Positions 10,773-22,746 are shown, counted from the stretch's first letter. The stretch is DNA of 64,000 bases from Naegleria gruberi (GCA_000004985.1 GG738879.1), one strand, 5' to 3'. Program-made: numbers and translations. The notes: a model not told the origin generated them from the letters alone.

Positions 10773-11705
10773 AACTCAATATTTCCTCAAAATATTGTGA
10801 GAATTGTTTGGATTGAAGTGTGAAAAAGTTCTTTTTGCATCTTTGCTTAGCATGGAATGATCTATAATTCAACATTGAGTTACAGGTGTGAGAATAGGAG
10901 TTTTGAGAATGTGAAAGAATCCCAGTTTGTGATTTCTTTTTGTATTTAATGAACGGCATGGTGTATACTAATTCGAATGTGGGTTTGTTTTTGGGTTAAG
11001 TATCAAAATGAAATTATTCGACACCATTGATTCGAATCATTTGAAACGGAAAGAAGCTGTGCTCGGCAAGAACTTAAACAGAGATGTGAACAAAGTAAAC
11101 ATTTATTTCAGTTTCTAATAGTGTGGAGTATACATGAGAAGACACTTCCACTCAGGAAGTTAAATTAGTAAGGATTGAAATCAATCCATTCTTCATTGTA
11201 TTTTTCTAGATTCAAAGATATTTCAAGCGTAAAATTGTAAATACAGTGAGTGCACTCACTCATAAAGTAATATATATTCGAAAGTGGTTTCTTGTTACAA
11301 CCATTCAAGATCCATCCAACTCTCTTTTATCACTCCATCCAACACGCAATCAAATTCATCAAAATCAAAGAACGAAAACGAACTGAAAAGCAAGTGGAGC
11401 AGAAAGAGACAACTCTCTATTAAGAAGTCTATCATTTTGTTTTGTTTTGAATAAATTGAATGCGTGCTAGCCAGCTTTTCATATTTTGATGTTGTAGTAT
11501 TTGGAAATTTCCTTTTTCATTTCATGAGTATTTCGCAATCTCAATTGTTGAGTTCGTTTGCGAATTGAGAAAGAGGATAATATGTGCGTTTATAACCAAA
11601 TGCGTATGTGTATTAGACTTATCTCAAAACTCAAACCAGCAATTCAGTTTATAGATTTTCTTTCAACTGCAAAAGTGATGAGGCAAAAGTGATGAGGCAA
11701 AAGGT

Positions 11706-11777
11706 GTAGGAAGACAGGGAATCGAACCCTGATCTTAGGAACCACAATCCCATGTTCTACCACTGAACTATCTCCCT
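11706..11777 (-). tRNA. tRNA-His (anticodon GTG)
   Basis: Reverse complement AGGGAGA T A GTTC AGTGGTA GAAC A TGGGA TTGTGGT TCCTA AGATC CAGGG TTCGATT CCCTG TCTTCCT A. Anticodon loop UUGUGGU (GUG, G37), discriminator A73, no encoded G-1 (eukaryotic type). Confidence 0.8.
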
Positions 11778-11942
11778 TCTTGCCATTATCTTTCAATATT
11801 CACTAACAGCACATACTTCAATAAAGTCAATCAAAAATTTATCCTATCAAAATCCTTAATTTAAACCTTCTTATTCCTCGTATAAGAAGGAACCTACAGA
11901 GAATCATCAGTGCACTCCACAAACTGCAACACATCAAAAAAA

Positions 11943-12747
11943 ATGTCCAGCTCACCATCCAATATCAACAATACCACAACTCTCTCAACATCAGCACCAC
12001 CAGCCACTACCACCACAACAGAAGTCGCTGCTGAGAGCATGGAACAATCCTCCCTTCGTTACTTGGGTTATTTGGGTCGTTTGAAGACTGCCATTGTTGC
12101 TGGAGCTCGTTATTTGGCCTACACTTCCGATGTTGGTATGTAACAAGTGATGATGTGTTATCTTTACTCATGAAACTCTATGATGATGATATATTTACCA
12201 TTCATATTTGGATATGATACTAAATGCTACTATTTTCCCGACCTATTTTATTACTGTTTATTATTATACTTGGAATAATTTCATTATTTGATGATGAATA
12301 TGAACAAATATTAAAATGATTATATTTATTAAAATAGGTGAGGCATTTAGACCAATTGTCCATCCATTGATTGTGAGAGCTGGTTATGGTATTTCATGGG
12401 CTTACGTTCTTGGTGATGTTGGTATTCAAACTTATAGAGAAAAGGAAAAGGGATCATCAACTAATACAGTTCTCAGAACTGCAACAAAGACGGCAATTTT
12501 CCAATCGACAGCTTCAATGATTTTGCCAATGATTACCATTCACCAAACTGTTCACGTTGTTTCTGCAATTTTGAAGAAGGTTGGATACAAATCAAAGGTT
12601 ATTCCAACAATTTCAGGTTTGGCTGTTATTCCTGCATTGCCATTCATGTTCGATCACCCAGTTGAACATTTTGTTGATACTGTTTATGATAAGTATTGGC
12701 CTGTTGATGAAAAGGATTCACATGCTGAAAAGGAAAAGCAACATTAA
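11943..12747 (+). CDS. MTFP1: mitochondrial fission process protein 1 (MTFP1/MTP18) homologue; exons 11943..12135 and 12338..12747
   Basis: ATG at 11943 after an A-run. GTATGT donor at 12136 and aaaatAG acceptor at 12337 (202-nt intron) give the junction …RYLAYTSDVG/EAFRPIVHP, recreating the conserved MTFP1 motif RYxAYxS(D/E)VGEAFRP. Confidence 0.8.
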
Positions 12748-12774
12748 TGAAATTATTTATTGAACTCTTTAATT

Positions 12775-15700
12775 CTATTCGTCTAGTTCACTAATTGGCC
12801 AATCTTTTGGAGATCCTGTAATAAAAGGAGATGTAGAGGAGGCCGTATCATCAACAATTGCATGGAAATCATTCAAATTTAGACCAACCATATTTCTATT
12901 GGGTGTGACTGGATAATTTACATTCTTTGGAGGAGAAATAATTTGTGGAATTTCATCACTATTGGTCTTGACAAAGTCTAAATCTGATACTGAAATCATG
13001 ACATCATCGGTGGTGAGAGTTGGTTGGAAACATTCAGCAAGTTTTGGAGCTTGAATTTGGGCTATGGTAGCTCCATTCTGTCTTTCATTCAGATATTGCA
13101 GAATTATATTCGTCTCTTGACTATCTTCATTCTTTAATCCATTTGGTGTCGAAACTCGATTTCTCTTCAAAAAACCGTGAGAAAGGAGTTTCTCTGCTGT
13201 TGGACGATTCTTTGATTTCAAACACTTTCTCAAAAATTCCTTCAAACTACTGTCACACCAACTAGGAATGACATCTTTGAGTCGTTCCCAATTTTCAGTC
13301 ACTACCAAGATCATGGTATTAGCCTTGTATGTGGACGAGTCCATTCTCTGTTTCACACCTGAAATTAAATTGTAGGGATTTTCTCCTCCCAATAACAGTT
13401 GGAATACTGTCACACCAACACTCCAAATATCAATCGAGTAGTCAATAGTGATTGGCTTCACCTTGAAAATATCACCTGGCAAGTAGCATGTCGTTCCAAA
13501 TGCTGCGCTAGTGACTGTTCCTTCATTCGATTCTCCAAAATCTGATAATTTAATACAATCCTGATTCTCAATTAAAATATTGTGAGCTATTATCAATATA
13601 ACAATGAATTAAGAAAGTGGTAAATGAAAAATAACCTACGTTTGATATCGCAATGATAAATTCCACGATCATGTAAATGCTGTACAGCGAGAAGTAATTG
13701 ACGTGTATAGAGGGCAATTCTTGATATTGACAGAGATCCCTTCTTTGTCTTCAAATGCTCAACTCTATTTCAATGTACATATTAATAACAATTTCTGATA
13801 GTTAATAAACTTACAAATCAAACAAGTTTCCTCCAGGCATGTATTGCAATTTCACAAAATACTTTCCATTTCCCTCCTTATATCCAAAATATTGAATGAT
13901 ATTCTGATGCATGATGGTATCTTTTTTGTAAGCTTCCAATTCTCTCTTAATCTTTTCAGTGTTGATTTCTTTCAGGGCAAAGAGTGATTTATCATTGTGA
14001 TCGAGGCACAAATAGACAACACCGTATTGCCCCTTTCCCAATTCACCCAATCGAGTCCAATCCTCCATAACATATTCCATTGTAACAATGAATGGATCTT
14101 CATTGCTCTCATATGCATCATTGATCATTTGTTTGAATAAATCAGTGGTGGTTGCATAGAGCTCCTTTCCATTGAGAATGTACTTGAAACGGAGCTCTCT
14201 CATAGTGAGAATTCTGCCCTTAATAATATTATTATTGATGAAATTTCTCAAATCAAACTCTGTTGTTGAAGATGTGAACATGAATTTGTAACTCTTTTCC
14301 TTATTTTGATTGTCCTTGTATGAAATCAGCATGGTTTTTTCTCTCCTCTGAAGGAAACAATATCTAGCATGATCTATAATGTCGTTCTTTCTAATTCTTC
14401 GTTTGGTCAATTGGTTTATATCTACATCGTACCTCTTAATGATCACCTGCATTGCATCTTTGTTTTCACATTGAGCTGCAATTACTAAATATTCCAAAAA
14501 GAATGCCTTAAGTTCTGACTCTAAACTTTCCACTTGGTTGGATTGTAAATTTGAAAGCTGTTTCTCAATTTGGTCAATTTTGAATGCCTTCATATATTCG
14601 AGTGAAATGATGAATGATTCTCTTTCATACTCTGTTTGAATAAATCCTTTTTGAAGAATTTCATCTATTCTTCGTATCATTTCTTGTCGTTTGACATTTT
14701 CCGAAATGGTATCAAATCTGGAGAATTGTTCAATTTCTTTTGCTATGGATTGAGAACTCGAGTATGAATTTGGCAGTTTTCCATCACAATCCAAAGCATA
14801 TTTGTTTGCTCCATTCATGAGTAAGAAATGAACAACTTGCTCGTTATTATGATGGCACGCCCAGTGGAGAGGAGTCTTTTTATAAATATGATGTGAGCTA
14901 TTCATATCCGCTTTCATAAATAGAGAAACAATTTCCTTATCAGCATTCAATTCTGTTAATATTAAGAGTGGAGTTCTGTTTGCTTTTTTATCATTGGCTA
15001 AACGAGCTCTCTCACTCTCTCCAGTTCCTTTCGCCCTCACTGTTCTACAATCAATATAATCATTATAATTTACATCGTGATATCTCAATAGGAGAGATAT
15101 TATCTTCTTGAAGGCATTAATATCCTTCTCATTTCTATTCTTTTCACATATTAATTCACAGCATACATGTATACACCTCTGTGTTGATATTGTTCCATAA
15201 ACAAATTTTCACATTTCAATTTTGGAAAAAAACATACCATCTATATTTGAAATTATATTCGAAACAAAATTTCCAAAGAATATCAACTTACTCCTTGCTA
15301 TTTATCAAAATTTCATTCTACTCCAATAATTTTCAATTACTTACATCATTATAATCCAAATCTCTTACTCCCAATTCCAATAATTTCTCCACCACTTCCC
15401 AATGTTTCGACTTGACAGCAAAAAACATTGGAGTTCTCCTTATCAAAATCATTTTTCACAAACAATCTCGTGTTGTACTTTTCCAATAATTGTAATACTG
15501 AAACATGTCCAAATTTACAAGCAATATGAATTGGATAAATAACATCAATCTTTTGACGAATGCTCTTATTAGTATCAGCTCCTTTTTGTATTAGAAACTC
15601 GACAATATCCAAAGCACCAACTGAACAAGCATAAGCCAATGGTGTATATTGCTACAATAAATTTTACAATAAATTTTCCATTCAAATCATAAATTCCAAT

Positions 15701-15992
15701 AATTAAACAATTTTCAATCAAGAAATTACGATTTGATTTTCCAATGCAAATTTTATGAATCATCAAAATATTCCGAATTTCGTTTGATGATCAAATTTCA
15801 TAAGAAACAAACCTCGTAAACTCCAATATCACTCGGGTGAGTATCTTCTAGTTTCGTCTTTCCACTTTGAATAAACTTTTTAACTGAATTCAAGTCCTTC
15901 TTTTCGATCGCATCAAAAATGTCATAATCCCGTGATGTGAGTTCGGTGCTTCGTGTGGGAGAACGAGCAATAGAATCAAAGATTGATGACAT
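12775..15992 (-). CDS. ankyrin-repeat serine/threonine protein kinase; exons 15992..15813, 15651..15369, 15039..13815, 13764..13640, 13586..12775
   Basis: Four ORFs joined through GT-AG introns of 160, 329, 50 and 53 nt. Phases check out. Junctions restore kinase subdomains (…HCDIK/P/HNILIENQDCIKLSDFGES). N-terminal ankyrin repeats (TPLHWACHHNNEQVVHFLLMNGAN). Kinase motifs LGKGQYGVVY, ALKEI, HCDIKPHN, DFG, SVGVTVFQLL. Stop TAG. The exon 2/3 junction (acceptor …aacAG at 15040) is the least certain. Confidence 0.7.
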
Positions 15993-16408
15993 TTTTTTAT
16001 AATATATTAAATATATTAAACATTAAATATAACATGTTTAATATTCATTCAATAATAATACTAATTCTTCAAACTTGTTCTGTTCCGATGATGATGATAA
16101 AAAGTTTAATCATCTAACAAGTTATTAAAAAATCTTATTTCATCAAAAGTTGTCAATCATCATATATTAAAAAAATAGTTTTTTCATCACCCGAAGATTT
16201 TGATCAAAAAACTCTCTTCGGATCAATCCAAATAATTATAATTTTATAATAATAACATCATGTTTCTCACCGAGTGGTATTATACACTAAAGTATGATAA
16301 CGCTCTGAGGATTAAAACATCTGTCGTGTAGGTTTTTTAGAGTTTCAAAATTTGTGTGTTTAAAACCAACAACAATAATAATTTAGAGCGTTTTGTTTAT
16401 TAGCCTTT

Positions 16409-17226
16409 TTGGATGCTGTAACTTCATTACCAATAGGATTGTATGGAATTATTGTTGGAGCCATTAATACACCGAATGAGGATGAAGAAATTGATAATTG
16501 TAATCATGGATTGTTGTTGAATATTTTGATTGCTTTGGGATTTATGGATTTGGTTAGTTTAACATTATATTTAATAATATTTACAATAATAATAATAATT
16601 AATTGATTGAATATATTAAATAGATTGGATCAGTACTTTCTCTGATATTTGGATCGATAATGGCAATTTTGACTTTTAATATTTTCACTGATGACAAGTA
16701 TGATGAAAATTCGGAAAGTGTTAGATATTATGGAGAATTTGATCAAGCTCATGCTGAAAATACTGAAGAAATCGACGATCATGCCAGAACCACTTTGGAA
16801 ATATTCAAAAATGATGACAAGACAGTTGCCAAATTCCATAACGCAACAATCTATGTTACTCTCACAAGAATTCTCTTTGGAACAGTCTTCTTTTTCCTCT
16901 CAATTGTTGGCTCCAATATGATTTTCGGTATGAACTCTTCCTGTAAAAACGATAATCCATTCCTCTATGAAATGTCTGCCACCTACATGATTGTTCGATG
17001 GGTAGTATTCATCTTCTCCTTCCTCTTATTTATTCCACTCTCTGTTCTTTTCTGTAGGCACATTCTCTCTTCCTCCTCATCAAAGTTAGTTAAATTTGTA
17101 AAGAACGCAACGAGTGATTGTTTCTCCATGATGATTAGTTCCATTTCGAACTTGATAGCAAAGTTGAAAGGTAATAATTCAGCACATCAACAAGCAGTTG
17201 ATCAACACTACGACGATAATTTATAA
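16409..17226 (+). CDS. multi-pass membrane protein of unknown function; exons about 16409..16552 and 16624..17226 (5' end unresolved)
   Basis: GTTAGT donor at 16553 and aaatAG acceptor at 16622-16623 (71-nt intron) join two ORFs in phase 0 (…GFMDL/IGSVLSLIFGSIMAILTF…). Several hydrophobic helices. First ORF lacks an in-frame ATG, so an upstream exon is likely. Confidence 0.45.
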
Positions 17227-17624
17227 ATCCCACTAGTAGTAGAAAAGCGATGATCTGTTTATTAACCAACTTTTCATAACAAACCATCATGAAAAACCGT
17301 TTGAAAATGTCAAATAAGGGAAGCCTTTTGTTGACAGAATATTGGCTTGATATGAGGCAACCAATAAAATTGCCAATCAGCAAGCATAAGGTGACTCATG
17401 CCTTGTTCTTTGTCAATCAACGACTTGAACAAATTTCATAAAAAAAAATCCATTGACGGTTGACGTTGCATCACTTGTTGACTCTTCACACATAATCCCC
17501 TGCCCCAAAAACTGTTGTGTTCTCTCTACTACCACATCATTCCATTCGAAACAACAACAAATTATTGTACTCTACCAATATAACAAACGAATATATATTT
17601 AAAAAATAGGAATATATTACAAAA

Positions 17625-19985
17625 ATGTCTTCCAGCAATGATGAAGAACCAACAATAACAACAACCCATGTCGAAGAGCAACAATCGTCATCTAGTGATA
17701 ATTCGGATGGAAGTTCTGTTGCTGCTATTGTTGCCACTACTTCTGTTGATGCAACAATAACAACTTCTCCCGCCAATTCTATCGTAGTCGTGGAGGCCAA
17801 ACAAAAAGCCACAACACCAACTCCTTCCACACCTCAACATCCACCTCCACAACATCACTCTACACCGTCCGATTCAACATCGAGTATTGGTACACCAGTT
17901 ATTACATCGGCTGTGATTGAATCTGATGATGGCTTGTGGGTAACTGTCTATGATCCAACAACAAAGAGAAATTACTATCATAACAAGACTACCAATGAAA
18001 CAACATGGAGTTTACCTATGAATCTTTCGTCACCTAATTTGGGTGCACATTTACGTAGTCAGAGTAGTATTGGTGAAGAAATTCAAAGAGTTGTTAGTAC
18101 TAGTACACCAAGTGCTACTCCTAAAACTCCTGGAGGAAATCATGAGGCTTTGGTTCCTCAATCTGAAAAGGTTGACCGTACACGTCATTCAGGTGGACAT
18201 CAACGTAGTTTATCTCAAGATGGCACTGTATCTAATTTAAAGAGCCGAGTTTCACATTTACACTCTATTCCTATCAATGTTAAAAAGGAACTTGATAATA
18301 ATGATCCACCAATTATTGCCATGTCAATGGATGACCGTTCAGGATTATTTACCAGATCTCAGGCTAATAGTGATGATGAGGAAACACCAATTACTATTGA
18401 AGAAAATCCAACACCAAGACAATTGGATCATGGTCAAATTGTTTTTGCAACCACTCCAAATGTTGTTGCTGAACCACCTAAAACAACTCCAGTAACTACA
18501 CCTTCTGCTTCTAACGAAGGAGAATTAGAGGATGGATGGGAAGCTACAATTGACCCATCTACTGGACGTACTTACTATTTCCATAGACAAACTCAAAAAT
18601 CTTCTTGGGATAGACCTGTCAAAAAATCAGGAGCTTCTGTAGCTACAGTCTCTACTGCAACAGTTTCTACCCCTGTTGCTGCAGCTTCTACAACAATTTC
18701 CACACCAAGTGAATCACACGAACCAGAATCTGATTTGCTTCCTAGAATTGCACCAGGAGATCATACCTTGCTCAAATACGGAAAGGCCAATTTCCAAAAA
18801 ATCAAGAAGGGTTTCTTCAAAACCTCAGTTAAGGTTGAAAAGTTGATTGAATTTTCAAAGGATAGATTAAATCAAACATTGCATCCAATCAAATTGGAGC
18901 AACATCAAGAAAAGGCTCTCAGATGTTTCGAACTTATTCAATTATTTATGGGAGATAGAAATTTGGAAAAGTGTTCTCCAACAGTCAAACAAATTGTCAA
19001 GTCTGGTACCAATGTTCATGATTTCTTCCTCTCTAAGGAAATTCTCCAAATTGCCCTTCTCAACGTTCCAATCAGAAATGAAATTGTAATCTACTTGTGC
19101 AAACAAACCAATAATCATGCCAAGATTGAAAATGCTCTTAAAGGTGTACAATTACTTGGTTTGATGCTCTCTGCATTCCCTCCAACTACATATGATTTGC
19201 AAGAGGCTGTATTATATTATTTACAAAAAACACTCGTTACCCACCCAAAAATTGGTCGTGATGATCGTATCAGACAATTCTCACTCCTCTGTGAAAAACA
19301 CTTAAGAAGATCTTGTGTAACAGGTCCAAGAAAAACTCTTCCATCAGATAATGAAATCAAGAACATGTCTAATCCAAATCCACCAGAACCAATTTTCGGT
19401 GTTTCAATTTCAGAATATTGGAGATGGCAAAAGGACAAGTTCCCTAATGGGGACCAAGCCAAACCATTTATTCTTAACTTGTTGAGTGAAGCCCTTAAAA
19501 AGACTAATTTATATACTGTAGAAGGTATTTTCAGATTGCCTGGTGATGTTTCTCGTGTTGAAGGTCTTAAAGAAAAGCTCTGTAAATCCAACTTTGAAAT
19601 TAACGAGAAGGATCCTCATGTATGTGCCTCCTTGTTCAAATTATGGTTGCGTGAATTGGCAGACCCTCTCATTCCTCATCGCCTCTATGAACATTGTGTC
19701 TCTGTTGCCAATGATGAAAAGCAATCAGCAGCTGTTTTAGATCAGTTACCAGCTGGTAATAGAGCTATCTTGGTATTTGTTTTGGACTTTTTATCTGACA
19801 TGCTTCCTCATTCAAAGAAGACTATGATGACAAGCGAAAACTTGGCTGTTGTTTTCTGTCCAAACATTTTAAGATCACAATCATCAGATCCAATGGCTAT
19901 CATGAGAAATGCTGCCTCAGAAAAACAATTCGTTCGTAATCTCATTCTCCACTGTGCTCACCAAAAGGGTATTGCAGAGAAATAA
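17625..19985 (+). CDS. RhoGAP with two WW domains and a MyTH4 domain (ARHGAP39/Vilse-like architecture)
   Basis: 786-aa single exon. WW1 GLWVTVYDPTTKRNYYHNKTTNETTWSLP; WW2 GWEATIDPSTGRTYYFHRQTQKSSWDRP. MyTH4-like block (…LRCFELIQLFMGDR…ILQIALLNVPIRNEIVIYLCKQ…). RhoGAP with arginine finger GIFRLPGD, …LFKLWLRELADPLIP. Confidence 0.85.
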   Translation: MSSSNDEEPTITTTHVEEQQSSSSDNSDGSSVAAIVATTSVDATITTSPANSIVVVEAKQKATTPTPSTPQHPPPQHHSTPSDSTSSIGTPVITSAVIESDDGLWVTVYDPTTKRNYYHNKTTNETTWSLPMNLSSPNLGAHLRSQSSIGEEIQRVVSTSTPSATPKTPGGNHEALVPQSEKVDRTRHSGGHQRSLSQDGTVSNLKSRVSHLHSIPINVKKELDNNDPPIIAMSMDDRSGLFTRSQANSDDEETPITIEENPTPRQLDHGQIVFATTPNVVAEPPKTTPVTTPSASNEGELEDGWEATIDPSTGRTYYFHRQTQKSSWDRPVKKSGASVATVSTATVSTPVAAASTTISTPSESHEPESDLLPRIAPGDHTLLKYGKANFQKIKKGFFKTSVKVEKLIEFSKDRLNQTLHPIKLEQHQEKALRCFELIQLFMGDRNLEKCSPTVKQIVKSGTNVHDFFLSKEILQIALLNVPIRNEIVIYLCKQTNNHAKIENALKGVQLLGLMLSAFPPTTYDLQEAVLYYLQKTLVTHPKIGRDDRIRQFSLLCEKHLRRSCVTGPRKTLPSDNEIKNMSNPNPPEPIFGVSISEYWRWQKDKFPNGDQAKPFILNLLSEALKKTNLYTVEGIFRLPGDVSRVEGLKEKLCKSNFEINEKDPHVCASLFKLWLRELADPLIPHRLYEHCVSVANDEKQSAAVLDQLPAGNRAILVFVLDFLSDMLPHSKKTMMTSENLAVVFCPNILRSQSSDPMAIMRNAASEKQFVRNLILHCAHQKGIAEK

Positions 19986-20179
19986 ACAATTAAATAATAT
20001 TATGATTTCTCATTTAATTACGAATGATTGGAAAAGATTTGGAAATGGGAACTTACAAATGTTAAATGAAGTCAGCGAAAGCAATGAAAAGAAAGAATTG
20101 TTTTCATTGCCTTCGCTGAATGGGCAATGAACTTAAATACTACTTTCGAACAAAGCAAACACAAACAACATTTAAAAAA

Positions 20180-20752
20180 ATGAATCATCCAATCATCCAC
20201 CTCACTATCAAGAAGCCAAATAACCAAAACTGGAACACTACAAAACTCTACGATCCACTCTTATTAAAATCTTTGGAATCTTTCAGGGAATTAACTGTTA
20301 GTGAATTTTATAGAGAACAGGTTGGTCAATCAAATGATTGTACTCTTGTGGTTAAGGTAAAGATGGAAGATGGTAATTATCAAACATTGAATGATGAATT
20401 GGATTGGGAGATAATTGTTAGAATTGTAAAGAATGGACAAACTTTACAATTTCAAGTGAAATTTAAACCCTCAAAGAAAGTTCACAAAAAGCAATTGAGG
20501 GAAATTCAACAACGTTTGAAAGAATTAGAGCAAGAAGTTCAACTCTTACACTTGAAAAAGAAGCTGATCGAGTTAAATTTTGCAAAATCTGAAGAGAAGC
20601 CTCAAGATCCAAGAGATAAACTATTGGAAAGCATCAGAATTGGAAAGGAACTCAAGGAAACTCCAACAACCACCAAAATTACAATATGTCCAAGAGAAAT
20701 TCTCTTAAATAGCATCAAGGATCATCATTTCAATAATTCAGAACAAAATTGA
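20180..20752 (+). CDS. hypothetical protein with coiled coil and C-terminal WH2-like motif
   Basis: ATG at 20180 after aaaaaaa. Coiled-coil segment QLREIQQRLKELEQEVQLLHLKKKLIELN. DKLLESIRIGKELKETP resembles a WH2 actin-binding motif. Confidence 0.5.
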   Translation: MNHPIIHLTIKKPNNQNWNTTKLYDPLLLKSLESFRELTVSEFYREQVGQSNDCTLVVKVKMEDGNYQTLNDELDWEIIVRIVKNGQTLQFQVKFKPSKKVHKKQLREIQQRLKELEQEVQLLHLKKKLIELNFAKSEEKPQDPRDKLLESIRIGKELKETPTTTKITICPREILLNSIKDHHFNNSEQN

Positions 20753-21172
20753 AATTCCAATTATTTCCATTTATATTTGTAAGAAACTCTTTATTTGAAA
20801 TTTATTTACATGAAAGTAACTTTTTATTTGATTGAAGTTTCAATTTCGAATTGATAAGAAAAAGAGAAACCAAAATTTGCATCAAGCTATTCAACATGTC
20901 AAATGTTCAATAAATATGAAGGTTCAACCTTATCATTATTTTCAACAAAACCTTACTGAACCAACAAGATTCTGTCTTCGTTGCCTTCACTGTTCATACA
21001 GTCAAAGACTGTAGCGGGATTGTCGCCATATTCCTGGCAGGCTTCCCGTCCAAATTTAATAATTGAATATGTTCATTAAACTAAACGAAATCAACTAATG
21101 TAATAATTGAATATTTCATAATTAAGATATCGAATTACTACTGTTGATTATACTATTTTTGAGGTTGTGGAT

Positions 21173-21276
21173 GGCTACGGCCATATCACGATGAATGCAC
21201 CTCATCCCGTCCGATTTGAGAAGTCCACATCAGTACTGTGGTTGGAGACAACTTGGGAACCTGTGGTGCTGTAGTC
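21173..21276 (+). rRNA. 5S rRNA gene, variant with 15-nt internal deletion (possible pseudogene)
   Basis: GGCTACGGCCATATCACGATGAATGCACCTCATCCCGTCCGATTTGAGAAGT^CCACATCAGTACTGTGGTTGGAGACAACTTGGGAACCTGTGGTGCTGTAGTC then TTTTT. Ends pair (GGCTAC/GTAGTC). Relative to the copies at 59357 and 62333 it lacks TAAGCATCGTCGAGC (loop B/helix III). Confidence 0.7.
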
Positions 21277-21363
21277 TTTTTATTTCTTTTCACTCATTAC
21301 CTGTTGTTTGTTCGTAAAGATAATTCTCGATAATCATTTAATTTACATTTCTTTTTAATTGAC

Positions 21364-22746
21364 TCAGAATCTTCTCAAATGATTCACAAAGTTTAGTGCT
21401 CTTTCATGGCCTTGATCAGCAGCTAAAAAGATATATTCGAATGCCTTATTGACATCTTTTTCAACTCCAAGACCTTGAAGTAACATTGTACCAACTGAAT
21501 ATTGAGCATCACTATATCCATGTTTTGCTGACATTTCAAGATATTTGAATGCCAATGGATAATCTTGATTACATCCATCTCCATAATAATACGAAGAGCC
21601 AACATAGTATTTGGCCATTTCGTGTCCATTTGTGGCAGCTTTCAAATACCAGTCGAATGCAATATTCTTATCCATTTTCACACCTACTCCAGTGTAGTAG
21701 GCATGTGCTAGATTGTACTGAGAGGCTGGTTCTTTGTTCTGAGCTTTCAAATACCATTTGACTCCTTCTTCTGGATTCTTCTCCACTCCAATGCCATTGC
21801 AATATGCGTATCCAACTTTGTGTTGTCCCATACCGTGTCCAAGATTGGCAGCTCTTAATTGACACTTGAAAGTTTCCTCAAGATTTTCACTCAATCCAAA
21901 ATTTCCCATATAAGCATATCCAAGATTAAAAATTGAGCTAGCATCTCCAAATTCTGCTCCCATTCTCAAATATTTAACCATTTCAGTATAATTTTTCTTC
22001 TTATCATTCTTTCCATACAAGTAGGAAATGCTTTTTATCATTCCAAGTTCAGCAGCTTTGTTGTAATAGTACAAACTCTTCTCTTTATCAACTTGCACTT
22101 CAATTCCCTCTCTGTAATAATATCCAAGAGCGAAGAGAGATTCTGGATCGTCAAATTCAGCAGCTTTTCTGAAATATTCTAAAGATTTCTTCTTGTCAAC
22201 CTCCAAAGATCCCTCTCCAAACGAATACATATCTCCAAGATTTCTCATTGCATAAATATTCCCCTTCTCAGCAGCAATTTCATAAGATCTGAAAGCTTGA
22301 TCAGGATTTTTCGTCAAAACTAAATCAGCCAGCAACACCAATGTATCCGAATGTGTTAAAAATTGTGAAAACCAGTCGAGTATTTGCTTTTTAGTTTGGA
22401 AAATAACAGAAACTGTTATTGAATCTCCACAAATCATTGAAGATGAAAATTCTGTATATTCACCCTCCTCACCCAAACTCTGCAATATGTGATAAACCTT
22501 TTCATAATTAGTTTTAATTCCACCAATTCCTCTCGAATAGCATAGAATGGCCAATGTTTTTCCAATGGGATTGGACATTAATTCATCATCTAAAAGATAG
22601 TCAACTAATTGGACTGATTGTTTGCCGTGAATGGAGGTTTGTTCGATTTGATGATACCACTCGATGCATTTACTTTCGATTTGATCATCAAAACCTGTGA
22701 AGAGGGAGGTGTGTGATGGACAGGTTGATTCTTCCAGTTCAGACAT
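21364..22746 (-). CDS. Sel1-repeat (TPR-like) protein
   Basis: Single exon. About 9 tandem Sel1 repeats (…GNIYAMRNLGDMYSFGEGSLEVDKKKSLEYFRKAAEFDDPESLFALGYYY…GHEMAKYYVGSSYYYGDGCNQDYPLAFKYLEMSAKHGYSDAQYSVGTML…). Start is ATG MSELEE at 22746; stop TGA. Confidence 0.8.
   Translation of the reverse strand: MSELEESTCPSHTSLFTGFDDQIESKCIEWYHQIEQTSIHGKQSVQLVDYLLDDELMSNPIGKTLAILCYSRGIGGIKTNYEKVYHILQSLGEEGEYTEFSSSMICGDSITVSVIFQTKKQILDWFSQFLTHSDTLVLLADLVLTKNPDQAFRSYEIAAEKGNIYAMRNLGDMYSFGEGSLEVDKKKSLEYFRKAAEFDDPESLFALGYYYREGIEVQVDKEKSLYYYNKAAELGMIKSISYLYGKNDKKKNYTEMVKYLRMGAEFGDASSIFNLGYAYMGNFGLSENLEETFKCQLRAANLGHGMGQHKVGYAYCNGIGVEKNPEEGVKWYLKAQNKEPASQYNLAHAYYTGVGVKMDKNIAFDWYLKAATNGHEMAKYYVGSSYYYGDGCNQDYPLAFKYLEMSAKHGYSDAQYSVGTMLLQGLGVEKDVNKAFEYIFLAADQGHERALNFVNHLRRF

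Noticed and set aside
21364-21366. TGA reassigned as a sense codon (the Sel1 gene ends in TGA followed 9 nt later by TAA)
   Set aside because: All other genes end in TAA/TAG and Trp is encoded by TGG throughout. One TGA stop is compatible with the standard code, and there is no in-frame internal TGA in any conserved domain.
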